54,172 bases of DNA, from assembly GCA_964343085.1 (NCBI GenBank), contig CAYFIF010000001.1, positions 1 to 54,172 of the forward strand. The letters run 5' to 3'. The position numbers were made by a program, and so were the translations under genes. The stretch is from an uncultured bacterium. GTDB lineage: Bacteria; Fidelibacterota; Marinisomatia; Marinisomatales; UBA1611. The notes below the pieces were generated by a model that was given only the letters and a program-made list of their open reading frames with translations, did not search any database and was not told the DNA's origin. Below, one piece after another: positions 28,704 through 37,753 of the stretch (the stretch's first letter is position 1; each line of letters begins with the position of its first letter).

Positions 28704-29770
28704 AAAATAATTTTGTAACAATAATAACGGTTTTTACTTTTTCCTTTTTAAATATTCTGTGTGGTCAGACGATAAATCGTTACGGCACAACCGCTGCTAA
28801 TTTTTTAGAGATTGGTGTTGGTAGCGAGGCAAATGCAATGGGTGAGGCCTATGTTGCTGTAGCGAATGATGTTTCTTCGATATACTGGAACCCGGCTGGA
28901 CTATCTAGCCTAAAAAAATCTTCAGCTCTCTTTATGATTCAGCCTTGGTTTGTGGATATAGATATGTTGTTTGCAGGCGGTGCTATGGTAATTCCCAAAG
29001 TTGGAGTCATAGGATTAGGTATTACTCACCTAGATTATGGTGAAATGGAGGTAACAAACCTAGAGTACCAAGATGGCACCGGTGAAATGTTTCGGGCGTC
29101 TGATGTTGCTGCTTCGTTTACTTTTTCAAGAAAAATTGTCTCCTGGTTTTCATTCGGATCATCGCTAAAATATATTAACTCAAATATATGGCACAGTTCA
29201 GCAAGTGCTTTTGCTGTTGATCTTGGAGTATTAGTAAACACAAGTTTTTTTTCATTTACTGGTAATAATAAAGATGGAATTAATATAGGTATGAGTATCT
29301 CTAATTATGGTACCAGAATGAAATATGATGGGATCGATAGTTATCAGCCTATTGATATTTCAGAGTACGAAGAAGGAAACTATGGTGATGTAGCTGGGCA
29401 ATTTAGGACCTCGGAATGGGAGTTGCCTCTTATATTTAGAATAGGTGTCTCTCTAAAGCCAATAGTGACAAATAAGATGGATCTTATTATTTCCGCTGAT
29501 GCTCTTCATCCTAATAATAATGCTGAATCTATTAATATTGGAGCCTCTTTAGATAATAAGATTCCTGGATTTGGTGAAGTAAGTATTAGGGGAGGTTTAA
29601 AAAGTGGTATGAAAAATTTAAATACTGATGATAAAGATTTTGGGTTTGCGACTGGAGCCGGGCTGAAGCTCTATTTTCTAAACAATAAGGCACTGACCAT
29701 TGACTATACTTACAAGACCATGGGAATTTTGGGCAATGTCCAGGCCTATACTGTAGGTATTGCATTTTAG
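28700..29770 (+). CDS. PorV/PorQ-family outer-membrane beta-barrel (T9SS-associated)
   Basis: An ATGA overlap joins it to the upstream gene. It has a signal peptide. The N-terminal signature GTTAANFLEIGVGSEANAMGEAYVAVANDVSSIYWNPAGL matches my recollection of PorV/PorQ family proteins. The C-terminus is ..YTVGIAF. Confidence 0.7.
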   Translation: MKNNFVTIITVFTFSFLNILCGQTINRYGTTAANFLEIGVGSEANAMGEAYVAVANDVSSIYWNPAGLSSLKKSSALFMIQPWFVDIDMLFAGGAMVIPKVGVIGLGITHLDYGEMEVTNLEYQDGTGEMFRASDVAASFTFSRKIVSWFSFGSSLKYINSNIWHSSASAFAVDLGVLVNTSFFSFTGNNKDGINIGMSISNYGTRMKYDGIDSYQPIDISEYEEGNYGDVAGQFRTSEWELPLIFRIGVSLKPIVTNKMDLIISADALHPNNNAESINIGASLDNKIPGFGEVSIRGGLKSGMKNLNTDDKDFGFATGAGLKLYFLNNKALTIDYTYKTMGILGNVQAYTVGIAF

Positions 29771-29779
29771 TGATGAATA

Positions 29780-31255
29780 ATGGGGTTTTTATATCGCTTA
29801 GTTATACTTTTTTTTTTCTTTATTAGTTGTACAAAGCATTCTCAAATACCAGAAGAAATTATTCTTGCGAAGATTGGTCCTAGTATAATTACGATACAGG
29901 ATTTTATCAGAAGATCGGAATACACAATACGCCCAGATTATTGTAAGCAAGATAATTATATACACAAAAAAATAATTTTAAACTCACTAATTAGTGAAAA
30001 ATTAACTGCTTTAGAGTTTGATAAAGGCATAAGCCAGGTCAATGATGAGTATCTAGAGCACTTTTTAAATGGTCGTAAAGAACAGGTTATGCGCCAGCTT
30101 TATTTTTCAGAAGAGTTTTACTCTAAAGTAAAATTATCAGAAAAAGAAATAAAAGATGCTCTCAGATTTTCTGGTAGAAAAATCACTGTCAAATTTTTAA
30201 ATCTTCCAGACCTGGATTTAGTGGAAAAAATAAAGGAGCTAGACTCTGCGAATATAGCGCTGGATTCTATCCATAGTGTTCTTTGGGGTGGAAATGCACC
30301 TACTAAAGAATTTGATTGGTTTAATCGTGAAGTTGATGAAATACATGATGCCTTATTTAACGAAAATATTTTTAAAGGTATGTTGTTAGGACCGTTTGAA
30401 AGTGAGGAAGGTACATTTATTTTGATGAAAATTGTTAGTTGGAAAGATCAGATAAAGATCACAGAATACGATAAAAATCTTTTATGGAAGGATGTTAAAG
30501 AAAAGCTTACCGATAAAAAAGCAAAAAAAGCTTACCTTGAATCAATAAAAGATTTAATGAGTGGGAAAAAGATGAATCTAAATTCTGATGTTTTTTATAG
30601 ATACGCTGAAAAAGCCGCTGATTATTTTTTTAAAGTACACGAATCCAAGAAAAAAATGTTAAACCAGGTACTCTGGGATGATAATCAGATTGAGGATAAT
30701 ATGTTTACCTTTGATGTTAAAGATAATGATATCGACCCTGGCTCTATAATTCTAGACTACGGTGGTGAGTCTTGGACAGTTGGGGAATTAAATCAGCATT
30801 TAAAATCTCATCCTTTTGTGTTTAGAAAACGGAAAATGAATCGCAGCGAATTTCCGAAACAATTACGACTCGCTATTGCAGACCTTATCCGGGATATAGA
30901 GATTACAAAAGAGTGCTATAAAAGGGGGCTTGATAAAAATTGGAGCGTTAGTCTAAACTATAATATGTGGCAGGATGTATCCAAAAGCAAAAAATATGTA
31001 TCTAGTTTAAGGCTAAAGAATAAACAAATTGATAGTCAGGATGAGTGGTTGGCGTTTATGAACCCTTTGATAGATTCTCTCCAGAACATATACTCTGATA
31101 AGATAAAAATTAATATGGAGGTGTTTGAAAAGGTTGAACTCACTAAGACGGATATGATGGTCACTCAAAGGGGAGTTCCTTATCCTATTTTAGTGCCTTC
31201 CTTTCCAATCTTAACAACAGATGATAGATTAGATTTTGGAAGTAAGATAAAGTGA
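29780..31255 (+). CDS. SurA/PpiD-like periplasmic chaperone lipoprotein (degenerate parvulin-like region); function uncertain
   Basis: It has a lipobox (FFISCTK). ILAKIGPSIITIQDFIRR resembles a SurA_N start. GMLLGPFESEEGTFILMKIV resembles the end of a parvulin domain. The protein is Lys-rich and starts 9 nt after the PorV-like gene. Confidence 0.35.
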   Translation: MGFLYRLVILFFFFISCTKHSQIPEEIILAKIGPSIITIQDFIRRSEYTIRPDYCKQDNYIHKKIILNSLISEKLTALEFDKGISQVNDEYLEHFLNGRKEQVMRQLYFSEEFYSKVKLSEKEIKDALRFSGRKITVKFLNLPDLDLVEKIKELDSANIALDSIHSVLWGGNAPTKEFDWFNREVDEIHDALFNENIFKGMLLGPFESEEGTFILMKIVSWKDQIKITEYDKNLLWKDVKEKLTDKKAKKAYLESIKDLMSGKKMNLNSDVFYRYAEKAADYFFKVHESKKKMLNQVLWDDNQIEDNMFTFDVKDNDIDPGSIILDYGGESWTVGELNQHLKSHPFVFRKRKMNRSEFPKQLRLAIADLIRDIEITKECYKRGLDKNWSVSLNYNMWQDVSKSKKYVSSLRLKNKQIDSQDEWLAFMNPLIDSLQNIYSDKIKINMEVFEKVELTKTDMMVTQRGVPYPILVPSFPILTTDDRLDFGSKIK

Positions 31256-31363
31256 AAAATATCTTAAATAAATAATTATAAAAAGATCTTCCGGAGGTTA
31301 TAAAGCATAAAAATATGTTCTTAGAATTATTTAATATTAGAGTGTAACCGGAGTTTATTATTA

Positions 31364-32446
31364 ATGAACAAAAAATATTTTTTCAAAAATATAATCATAG
31401 CTCTTACTCTAGTATCTGTTGTTTTTTGTAAACCATATAAAGGTGGAGAATTAAGGACAGATGACACATACCGCTATGGCAGGTTCGAAGTAAGAATGAA
31501 GTCTGCTTATGGTAATGGTGTGGTTAGTTCATTCTTCACTTATCGAGATTTTTGGGAAGAGGGGCACACAAGTAATAGCTACTGGAATGAGATTGATTTT
31601 GAGTGGTTGGGTAATTATGATGATAAAGTCCAGACCAACCTTATCATACAAAATGCTTGGGATCTTCCAGAGTTGGTGGACTTGGGTGTTAGCCCGCATG
31701 AATCCTTTCACACGTACGCAATCGAGTGGACTCCCTCAGATGTTAAGTTTTTCATAGAGGATCAGTTGATAAGGATTGTTAATAATTTTTATGCTGATTC
31801 GTTATACCATTATCAAAAACTTATGATGAATATTTGGCAACCTATTTATGATGACTGGGTCGGGGATTTTAATCCAAGTATTTTACCTGTCTATGCTTTT
31901 TATGATTGGGTAAAATACTATGCGTACGTGCCAAACTCTGGTAATGCAGGAACGGATAATAATTTTATATTATTTTGGGAAGATGAATTCGACTTTTATG
32001 ATACATCACGCTGGTCCAAAGCCAACCACACCTGGGATGGTAATAATTCAGATCTTATTTATAGTAATGTCGTTTTTGAGTCAGGCTATCTTATTCTGTG
32101 TTTAACGACTCCACAGGACACAGGCTACAATGGAGACCCTCTTTCGATTAATGCTCAAGAAATACCATCTAAGGTATCTTTAGGCAGTCCCTATCCGAAT
32201 CCATTTAACCATAATATTACCTTACCTGTCTTCTTGTCAGAATCTGGGATAATCTCTTTTTCAATATATGATATAAAAGGCAAACAAATTAAATCCAAAG
32301 AACATCAGTTTTTAGATAGTGGGGAAAATAATATTTTTTGGAATGGTTCAGATAGAAGCGGTAAACAAGTATCCTCTGGAACTTATTATTTGCACATTCA
32401 GAATGAAGGCCGCTCTCAGGTAGAAGAAATCCTTTTTTTGAAATAG
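31364..32446 (+). CDS. GH16 beta-glucanase of the lichenase/endo-1,3(4)-type with a T9SS C-terminal domain
   Basis: YRYGRFEVRMKSA..GVVSSFFTY..WNEIDFEWLG carries the E-x-D-x-E catalytic motif and closely resembles the Bacillus lichenase pattern. The C-terminus is YPNPFNHNITLPV..GTYYLHI. Confidence 0.85.
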   Translation: MNKKYFFKNIIIALTLVSVVFCKPYKGGELRTDDTYRYGRFEVRMKSAYGNGVVSSFFTYRDFWEEGHTSNSYWNEIDFEWLGNYDDKVQTNLIIQNAWDLPELVDLGVSPHESFHTYAIEWTPSDVKFFIEDQLIRIVNNFYADSLYHYQKLMMNIWQPIYDDWVGDFNPSILPVYAFYDWVKYYAYVPNSGNAGTDNNFILFWEDEFDFYDTSRWSKANHTWDGNNSDLIYSNVVFESGYLILCLTTPQDTGYNGDPLSINAQEIPSKVSLGSPYPNPFNHNITLPVFLSESGIISFSIYDIKGKQIKSKEHQFLDSGENNIFWNGSDRSGKQVSSGTYYLHIQNEGRSQVEEILFLK

Positions 32447-32476
32447 TTTTTGGCTAGACAGAGTAATAAGGTTTTA

Positions 32477-33682
32477 ATGATTGATTTTTTAATAGTAATG
32501 ATTTTTTCATTTTCAATTTTCGGATGTCAAAAGGAGGAGGAAAGACCAGGTGATAGTGATTTAAATTTATTAGAAAATGATGACTGGGATTTGGTATGGT
32601 CAGATGAATTTGATGGAAATGAGTTAGATATCTCCAAGTGGAATAAACTAAGATGGCGACCTGGTTGGGTTAACAACGAGTTGCAGGCTTATACAGATAG
32701 AGACACAAATATTTTCCTTAAAGATGGATACCTAGTTTTACAGGGCCTAGTTGAGCCTGGTTATTTTGGGACTGACTATACGGGCTTTGATTATAGTTCA
32801 GACTATACCTCTGGTAGAATTAATACCGATGATAAAGTATCAAGGACATATGGTCGTTTTGATGTAAGTGCTAAACTTCCCAAGGGTAATGGATCCTGGC
32901 CTGCAATATGGATGCTCGGAGAGAGTATATCAACAGTTGGTTGGCCAGACTGTGGAGAGATTGATATTATGGAACATGTTGGATTTGATGATGGAATGAT
33001 CCATGGTTCGATTCATACTGGGGAATATAACCACATGAATAATACCCAAAAATCTGGTGCCAAATTTTTATCAACAGCTACAGACTCTTTCCACGTTTAT
33101 TCGTTGGAGTGGAGTCCTCACTATCTACGCTATCTCATAGACAACCAGCCTTATTTTTTTGTGTATAATGATAGTGATGGTGACACCGGAAAATGGCCGT
33201 TTGATGAACCCCATTACATTATTTTAAATCTTGCGATTGGTGGAGATTGGGGCGGTGCTCAAGGCATCTCTCCCAGTGCCTTTCCTATGAAGATGTTAGT
33301 AGATTATGTTAGAGTCTTTAAAAAGTCTGATGCTTATAAAGATGTTAGTGTAACTTTTAAGGTAGATATGAAAAATCAAAATGTTTCAGAGACCGGTGTC
33401 TGGCTATCAGGGGGGAATATTAGTTCTGGTCAGCCAGGTGGAATTCAGATGAATCAATCAGTAGATTCAAGTATTTGGGAAATCACTCTGACCCTTCCTC
33501 CTCATTCTAGTTATACTTACAAATTCAGAAATGGATATTTCCCAAATTCATGGCAAGGTGGCTGGGAGGTCATAGAAGGTGATTGCGGTGTTGGGCAATA
33601 TAATGATAGATCACTTACTGTTAGTGGAATGGATACTTTGCTTGCATCTGTTTGTTTTGGAGAGTGTACAGCATGCGATTAG
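32477..33682 (+). CDS. GH16 laminarinase lipoprotein with a C-terminal beta-sandwich CBM-like module
   Basis: Likely start is ATG 32477 (MIDFLIVMIFSFSIFGC lipobox); the track start at 32450 is a TTG. The catalytic motif is CGEIDIMEH, with WPFDEPHYIILNLAIGGDWGG downstream. The C-terminal module reads VTFKVDM..IWEITLTLPP..YTYKFRNG. Confidence 0.9.
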   Translation: MIDFLIVMIFSFSIFGCQKEEERPGDSDLNLLENDDWDLVWSDEFDGNELDISKWNKLRWRPGWVNNELQAYTDRDTNIFLKDGYLVLQGLVEPGYFGTDYTGFDYSSDYTSGRINTDDKVSRTYGRFDVSAKLPKGNGSWPAIWMLGESISTVGWPDCGEIDIMEHVGFDDGMIHGSIHTGEYNHMNNTQKSGAKFLSTATDSFHVYSLEWSPHYLRYLIDNQPYFFVYNDSDGDTGKWPFDEPHYIILNLAIGGDWGGAQGISPSAFPMKMLVDYVRVFKKSDAYKDVSVTFKVDMKNQNVSETGVWLSGGNISSGQPGGIQMNQSVDSSIWEITLTLPPHSSYTYKFRNGYFPNSWQGGWEVIEGDCGVGQYNDRSLTVSGMDTLLASVCFGECTACD

Positions 33683-35643
33683 TTCTAACTAGTTTTTTAT
33701 TGTTACAATTACTTTTTTCGCAGGGTTTCCTTCATAATGAAAATGGTGAAATTGTTGAGGGGAATGGGGAGCCGATATTATTAAGAGGTTTTGGGCTTGG
33801 TGGCTGGCTCGTTCCTGAAGGATATATGCTACATAATCAGGCTTGGATTTCTGGTTTTGAATCACCAACAGATATTGAGAATCATGTAGAAAACCTTATT
33901 GGTCCTGAGGCTGCAGAAGATTTTTGGATTTTATACAGAGCGAATTATGTTGCTCAGGCTGATATTGATCAAATTTCAGAATGGGGTTTTAATCACATAA
34001 GAGTCCCATTCCACTATAAACAATTTTATGATGAAACAGGATCTGGCACACCTATTGGTTACGCAATCATCGATGAGCTTATAACCTGGTGTGAGCCACA
34101 TAATTTGTATATTATTTTAGATATGCACTGCGCACCAGGAGCTCAGAACGGGGGCCCCATAAGTGACAGCGATGGAACCGCTCGGCTCTGGCTTGAGGAA
34201 GAGAATAAGGAATTAACCATACAAATATGGAGAGAAATAGCAGAATACTACTCAAGTGAGACCCTTATCGGAGGCTATGATTTAATCAATGAGCCAGTTT
34301 TGCCAGGTAACGTTAGTCTCGAAGAGTTTAAGCAACTGTATATTGACATCACCGAAGCAATAAGGGAAGTAGACAACAACCATTTAATTTGGGTGGAGGG
34401 GAATTGGTATGGAACAGATTTTTCTGGTCTTACACCTCCGTGGGACGATAATATGGGCTATTCATTCCATAAATATTGGGGGCAGACTGACATCACAACA
34501 ATACAATCTTACATAAATATGAGAAGTAATTATGGTGTCCCTTTATGGATGGGAGAGTCGGGTGAGAACTCAAATCATTGGTATTATGAAGTTTTTAAAC
34601 TATTAGAAGAGAATAATATTGGCTGGAATTTCTGGACTCACAAAAAAGTTGATAAAATAACAAGTCCATATTCAGCGTTAGTAACTCCTGAATATCAAAC
34701 CATTATTGATTATTTAACTGGGGCCATTGCACAGCCAGATCCTAATATAGCGGGTATGGGTCTGACAAGTTTTGCAAACAGTCTTAAAATAGAAAACTGT
34801 ATAACTCGACCTGGCGTGATTGCTTCATTAACAGATCCTGAATATGGAGAAGTGTCAAAACCCTATATTACTCACTCTATTCCAGGGGTTATTCCTGCTG
34901 CCTACTATGATATTGGTGCAAGAGGAATATCCTACGCAGATAGTGATTATTGGAACGATGGAGATGGCGGATATAATGATGGCTGGTCTTTCAGGAATGA
35001 TGGCGTTGATGTTGAACCAAGTGATGGTGATGATATTCCTTATACAGTAGGCTGGACAGAGGCAGCTGAATGGCTGAAGTATACGATTGAAGATGTCAGC
35101 CCAGGTACGTATGATGTCAAGTTTAGTATTTCTGCTCCGCAGTCTGGTGGTATTTTTTTTGCTCAGTTAAGTGGCCAAAATCTTGGTGTCATAGATGTGC
35201 CGTCAACAGGAGGATGGTATAACTGGGAAGAACTTGTAACTCAAGGTGTAGAGGTAGGTGGCGGTGAAAAATTTTTAAAGATTCAAATTGTTCAGGCAGG
35301 TTTTAATATTGAAAGTATCTCATTTGAATCAACGATGGGTGCAAAAGATCAGGATGTAATTTCAGAGAGTTTTTATTTAGGCAAACCATATCCTAATCCA
35401 TTTAATCCTAGGGTAAGTATGAAAATAAATATCAATGAACCTGGTGAACTTAATTTTTCAGTATACAATCTCAGAGGAGAGCTAATTCAAAGTTGGAGCA
35501 AAAATATATTCACCACAGGGAGTCATACTTTAGAGTGGGATGGATTTGATAGGTTTGGTAATGAGTCAAGCAGTGGTATCTATATCATTAATGCTACTAG
35601 CAAAGACTATGGTATGCAAAGAAAAGTTATTCTGCTTAGATAG
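33673..35643 (+). CDS. GH5 beta-glucanase with a CBM6-like module and a T9SS C-terminal domain
   Basis: Likely start is ATG 33673 (MRLVLTSFLLLQLLFSQG), which overlaps the upstream stop by 10 nt. GH5 motifs are LLRGFGLGGWLVPEGY, HIRVPFHY, DLINEPV and LWMGESGE. The CBM6-like region reads VGWTEAAEWLKYTI..GTYDVKF..TGGWYNWEE. The C-terminus is YPNPFNPRVSMKI..GIYIINA. Confidence 0.85.
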   Translation: MRLVLTSFLLLQLLFSQGFLHNENGEIVEGNGEPILLRGFGLGGWLVPEGYMLHNQAWISGFESPTDIENHVENLIGPEAAEDFWILYRANYVAQADIDQISEWGFNHIRVPFHYKQFYDETGSGTPIGYAIIDELITWCEPHNLYIILDMHCAPGAQNGGPISDSDGTARLWLEEENKELTIQIWREIAEYYSSETLIGGYDLINEPVLPGNVSLEEFKQLYIDITEAIREVDNNHLIWVEGNWYGTDFSGLTPPWDDNMGYSFHKYWGQTDITTIQSYINMRSNYGVPLWMGESGENSNHWYYEVFKLLEENNIGWNFWTHKKVDKITSPYSALVTPEYQTIIDYLTGAIAQPDPNIAGMGLTSFANSLKIENCITRPGVIASLTDPEYGEVSKPYITHSIPGVIPAAYYDIGARGISYADSDYWNDGDGGYNDGWSFRNDGVDVEPSDGDDIPYTVGWTEAAEWLKYTIEDVSPGTYDVKFSISAPQSGGIFFAQLSGQNLGVIDVPSTGGWYNWEELVTQGVEVGGGEKFLKIQIVQAGFNIESISFESTMGAKDQDVISESFYLGKPYPNPFNPRVSMKININEPGELNFSVYNLRGELIQSWSKNIFTTGSHTLEWDGFDRFGNESSSGIYIINATSKDYGMQRKVILLR

Positions 35644-35699
35644 TTTAGTATATAGCACTTATCTTTTGTTTTAACTTTAACCAAAAATATAATTTTGGA

Positions 35700-37718
35700 C
35701 TAAATTTCTTTTACAAAGATTGCCCCACTTGTAGGAGGAATATTTACATATCCCTCAGCAACTCGAATTCCGTTTACATCGACCTTTGTGGAGTTAGAGA
35801 GTTGCAACCATTTTCCATCTAAAAGTTTTATACTAATAGAATTGTTCGGATCTCCATTCAGATAAATAGCCAAACTATTATCGTATATATAGCCCAGTCC
35901 AAACTCATTATCTAAATCTAAAAACTCTATCTGACTAGCCGAAGAATTCCTTAATTGAGAATATTTTTTTCTTATTTTTATTAATCCTTTGTAGTAGTCA
36001 AATAATACTTGATTTTGCTTAACCTCATTCCAGTCAACCCAGTTTGTTTTATTATCTTTGTTGTAAGGGTTTCTATCCATTCTACCTATGTTCTCATCCG
36101 GATAATCTGTATCCGCAATAACCTGCGTATGCCCCCATTCTTGTCCCTGATGGATTAGTGGAATTCCCAAACTCGTGAATAAAACAGTAGCCCCTAATGT
36201 GTTCATTCTTAATATCTCTCCTGAGAGTTCTATGTGTTTGAGTTTATCTGTTATGATGTCTTCAGGTTTGTTTCTTCCAGATGAAAATCGTAGATAGTCG
36301 CTAAAACAATAATCATCGTGAACCTCAAGAAAATTTATAGCATGCTCTGGTACTTTGTAGATGCCTTTAGGACCTAGGTTGGTTCCAGAAATTATATTGA
36401 CCAGTTCATCTTTATTTTCATTAGGCCTATAGGATCCGAATAGAAATCCTTTTTTTGAATAGTCCCAGAGATCGCCTCTTAGTACATCTCTAAAATGTGC
36501 GTTGAAAGAGCCCCAACCCATTTCTGAAAATTTAGCACCTTTGTTGTCCCAGGCTTCTCCATAAATGTAGACCCTTGGATTAATATTTCTAAGCCGTTCC
36601 AAAATTATTTTTGCTGTTTCGCTAGATATAAGATGAGCCTGATCAAAACGAAATCCATCTATATGGTACTCTGTCATCCAGTATATTAAACTCTCAATAA
36701 TGTAGTCTCTCACGACCGGTTCATCAGTTTTAAGTAGATTACCACAACACTGACTGATGTAATTACCATTTTCATCCATTTTAAAGTATAAATCTCTGTC
36801 AATATACTTAAGCGGATGATAGTCGTAGTTTGATACGTGATTAACTACAACATCCATGATCACTGCAATGTTATTTTGGTGTAAGGTTTTAACCAATTCC
36901 TTTAGTTCATTAACCGCTTTACCTTTTATACCATTCCACTCTCCAGGGACATTAGACCCTTCGGTTGAGTAATAGCTCTCAGGCGCGAAAAAGAAGGTTG
37001 GCATATATCCCCAGTGATTTCTCTCATATGGATTCCAATCATTGTAGAATATATCGGCCTGTTTTTTATATGGAATTTCAAAGTTGGCAAAGTCCCATAA
37101 AGGTAAAAATTGTACTGCATTGATACCGAGACTTTTTAGATGTTCCAAGCCACCGCTCTGATTGTTTTCGATAAAACCAAGGTATGTTCCTTTAGATTTT
37201 GTTTTTGAAGAAGGGTGAACGGTCATGTCTCTTAGGTGGGCCTCATATATAACTAAGTTTCTAGGGTTAATGGTTTTCCAAGTATCTCCTTCCCAATTAA
37301 AATCAGACTCGATGACCAAGCTCTTTGCTATATGTCTCCATTTATTTTGAGTTATTGCAGCTTTTGAGTAGGGATCTGCTATAACGATATTTGAGTCATT
37401 TTTATTTCCAAACAGCCTGTATCCATATATAGAACCAGCTCCGATGCTATCAATAAAAGTAAACCAATCGCCATTGGAACCAGGTCTCATAGAGAACTCA
37501 GTCCCGATAGAATCTTCTGGATTAGAAAATATTACTAGATTAACGGAATCACTAGATGGAGAATATAGACGAAAATCGATACCGTCAGGACGTAGGAAAG
37601 CACCATAGGATAAACCAATTTTAGGAGCAGATTTTATACAACCAAAATTTATAATTAAGCTTGCAATAATAAAAAAGAGAGGGATTGCTTTTTTTCTTAT
37701 TATAGTGTTATATCTCAT
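35700..37718 (-). CDS. GH13 pullulanase/debranching-type alpha-glucosidase lipoprotein (CBM48-like N-terminus)
   Basis: It has a lipobox (INFGCIK) and the motif IYEAHLRDMT. GH13 regions are I VIMDVVVNHVS, II IDGFRFDQAHL, III YIYGEAWD and IV NFLEVHDD. Confidence 0.85.
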   Translation of the reverse strand: MRYNTIIRKKAIPLFFIIASLIINFGCIKSAPKIGLSYGAFLRPDGIDFRLYSPSSDSVNLVIFSNPEDSIGTEFSMRPGSNGDWFTFIDSIGAGSIYGYRLFGNKNDSNIVIADPYSKAAITQNKWRHIAKSLVIESDFNWEGDTWKTINPRNLVIYEAHLRDMTVHPSSKTKSKGTYLGFIENNQSGGLEHLKSLGINAVQFLPLWDFANFEIPYKKQADIFYNDWNPYERNHWGYMPTFFFAPESYYSTEGSNVPGEWNGIKGKAVNELKELVKTLHQNNIAVIMDVVVNHVSNYDYHPLKYIDRDLYFKMDENGNYISQCCGNLLKTDEPVVRDYIIESLIYWMTEYHIDGFRFDQAHLISSETAKIILERLRNINPRVYIYGEAWDNKGAKFSEMGWGSFNAHFRDVLRGDLWDYSKKGFLFGSYRPNENKDELVNIISGTNLGPKGIYKVPEHAINFLEVHDDYCFSDYLRFSSGRNKPEDIITDKLKHIELSGEILRMNTLGATVLFTSLGIPLIHQGQEWGHTQVIADTDYPDENIGRMDRNPYNKDNKTNWVDWNEVKQNQVLFDYYKGLIKIRKKYSQLRNSSASQIEFLDLDNEFGLGYIYDNSLAIYLNGDPNNSISIKLLDGKWLQLSNSTKVDVNGIRVAEGYVNIPPTSGAIFVKEI

Positions 37719-37753
37719 TAATTATTCACCAATCGCTTATTAAATTACGGTTA

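Noticed and set aside
31256-31363. A direct repeat of CCGGAG, two copies about 57 nt apart, lies in the AT-rich gap before the GH16 gene. AAATATCTTAAATAA there partly resembles the 19082 palindrome.
   Set aside because: The second CCGGAG is adequately explained as the SD (GGAG 13 nt before ATG 31364). The first has no partner structure. The resemblance to the palindrome is partial and lacks dyad symmetry.
32450-32476. The ORF track implies N-terminal extensions at several genes (32450, 33652, 40023, 44468, 51447, 51780, 11552, 13276, 47844).
   Set aside because: Most of these track starts are TTG or GTG codons that I checked in the sequence. Two (40023 and 51447) are upstream ATGs. They would add residues ahead of clear signal peptides or lipoboxes, or would overlap the upstream gene. 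Internal ATGs give canonical signal peptides, better SD spacing or tight gene junctions.
35681-35698. Small hairpins sit at convergent gene junctions: CCAAAAatataaTTTTGG at 35681-35698, and TTTTTATgtagctATAAAAA within 45641-45680.
   Set aside because: The stems are 6-7 bp and almost entirely A/T. They are expected by chance in this composition and are too weak to call as terminators.
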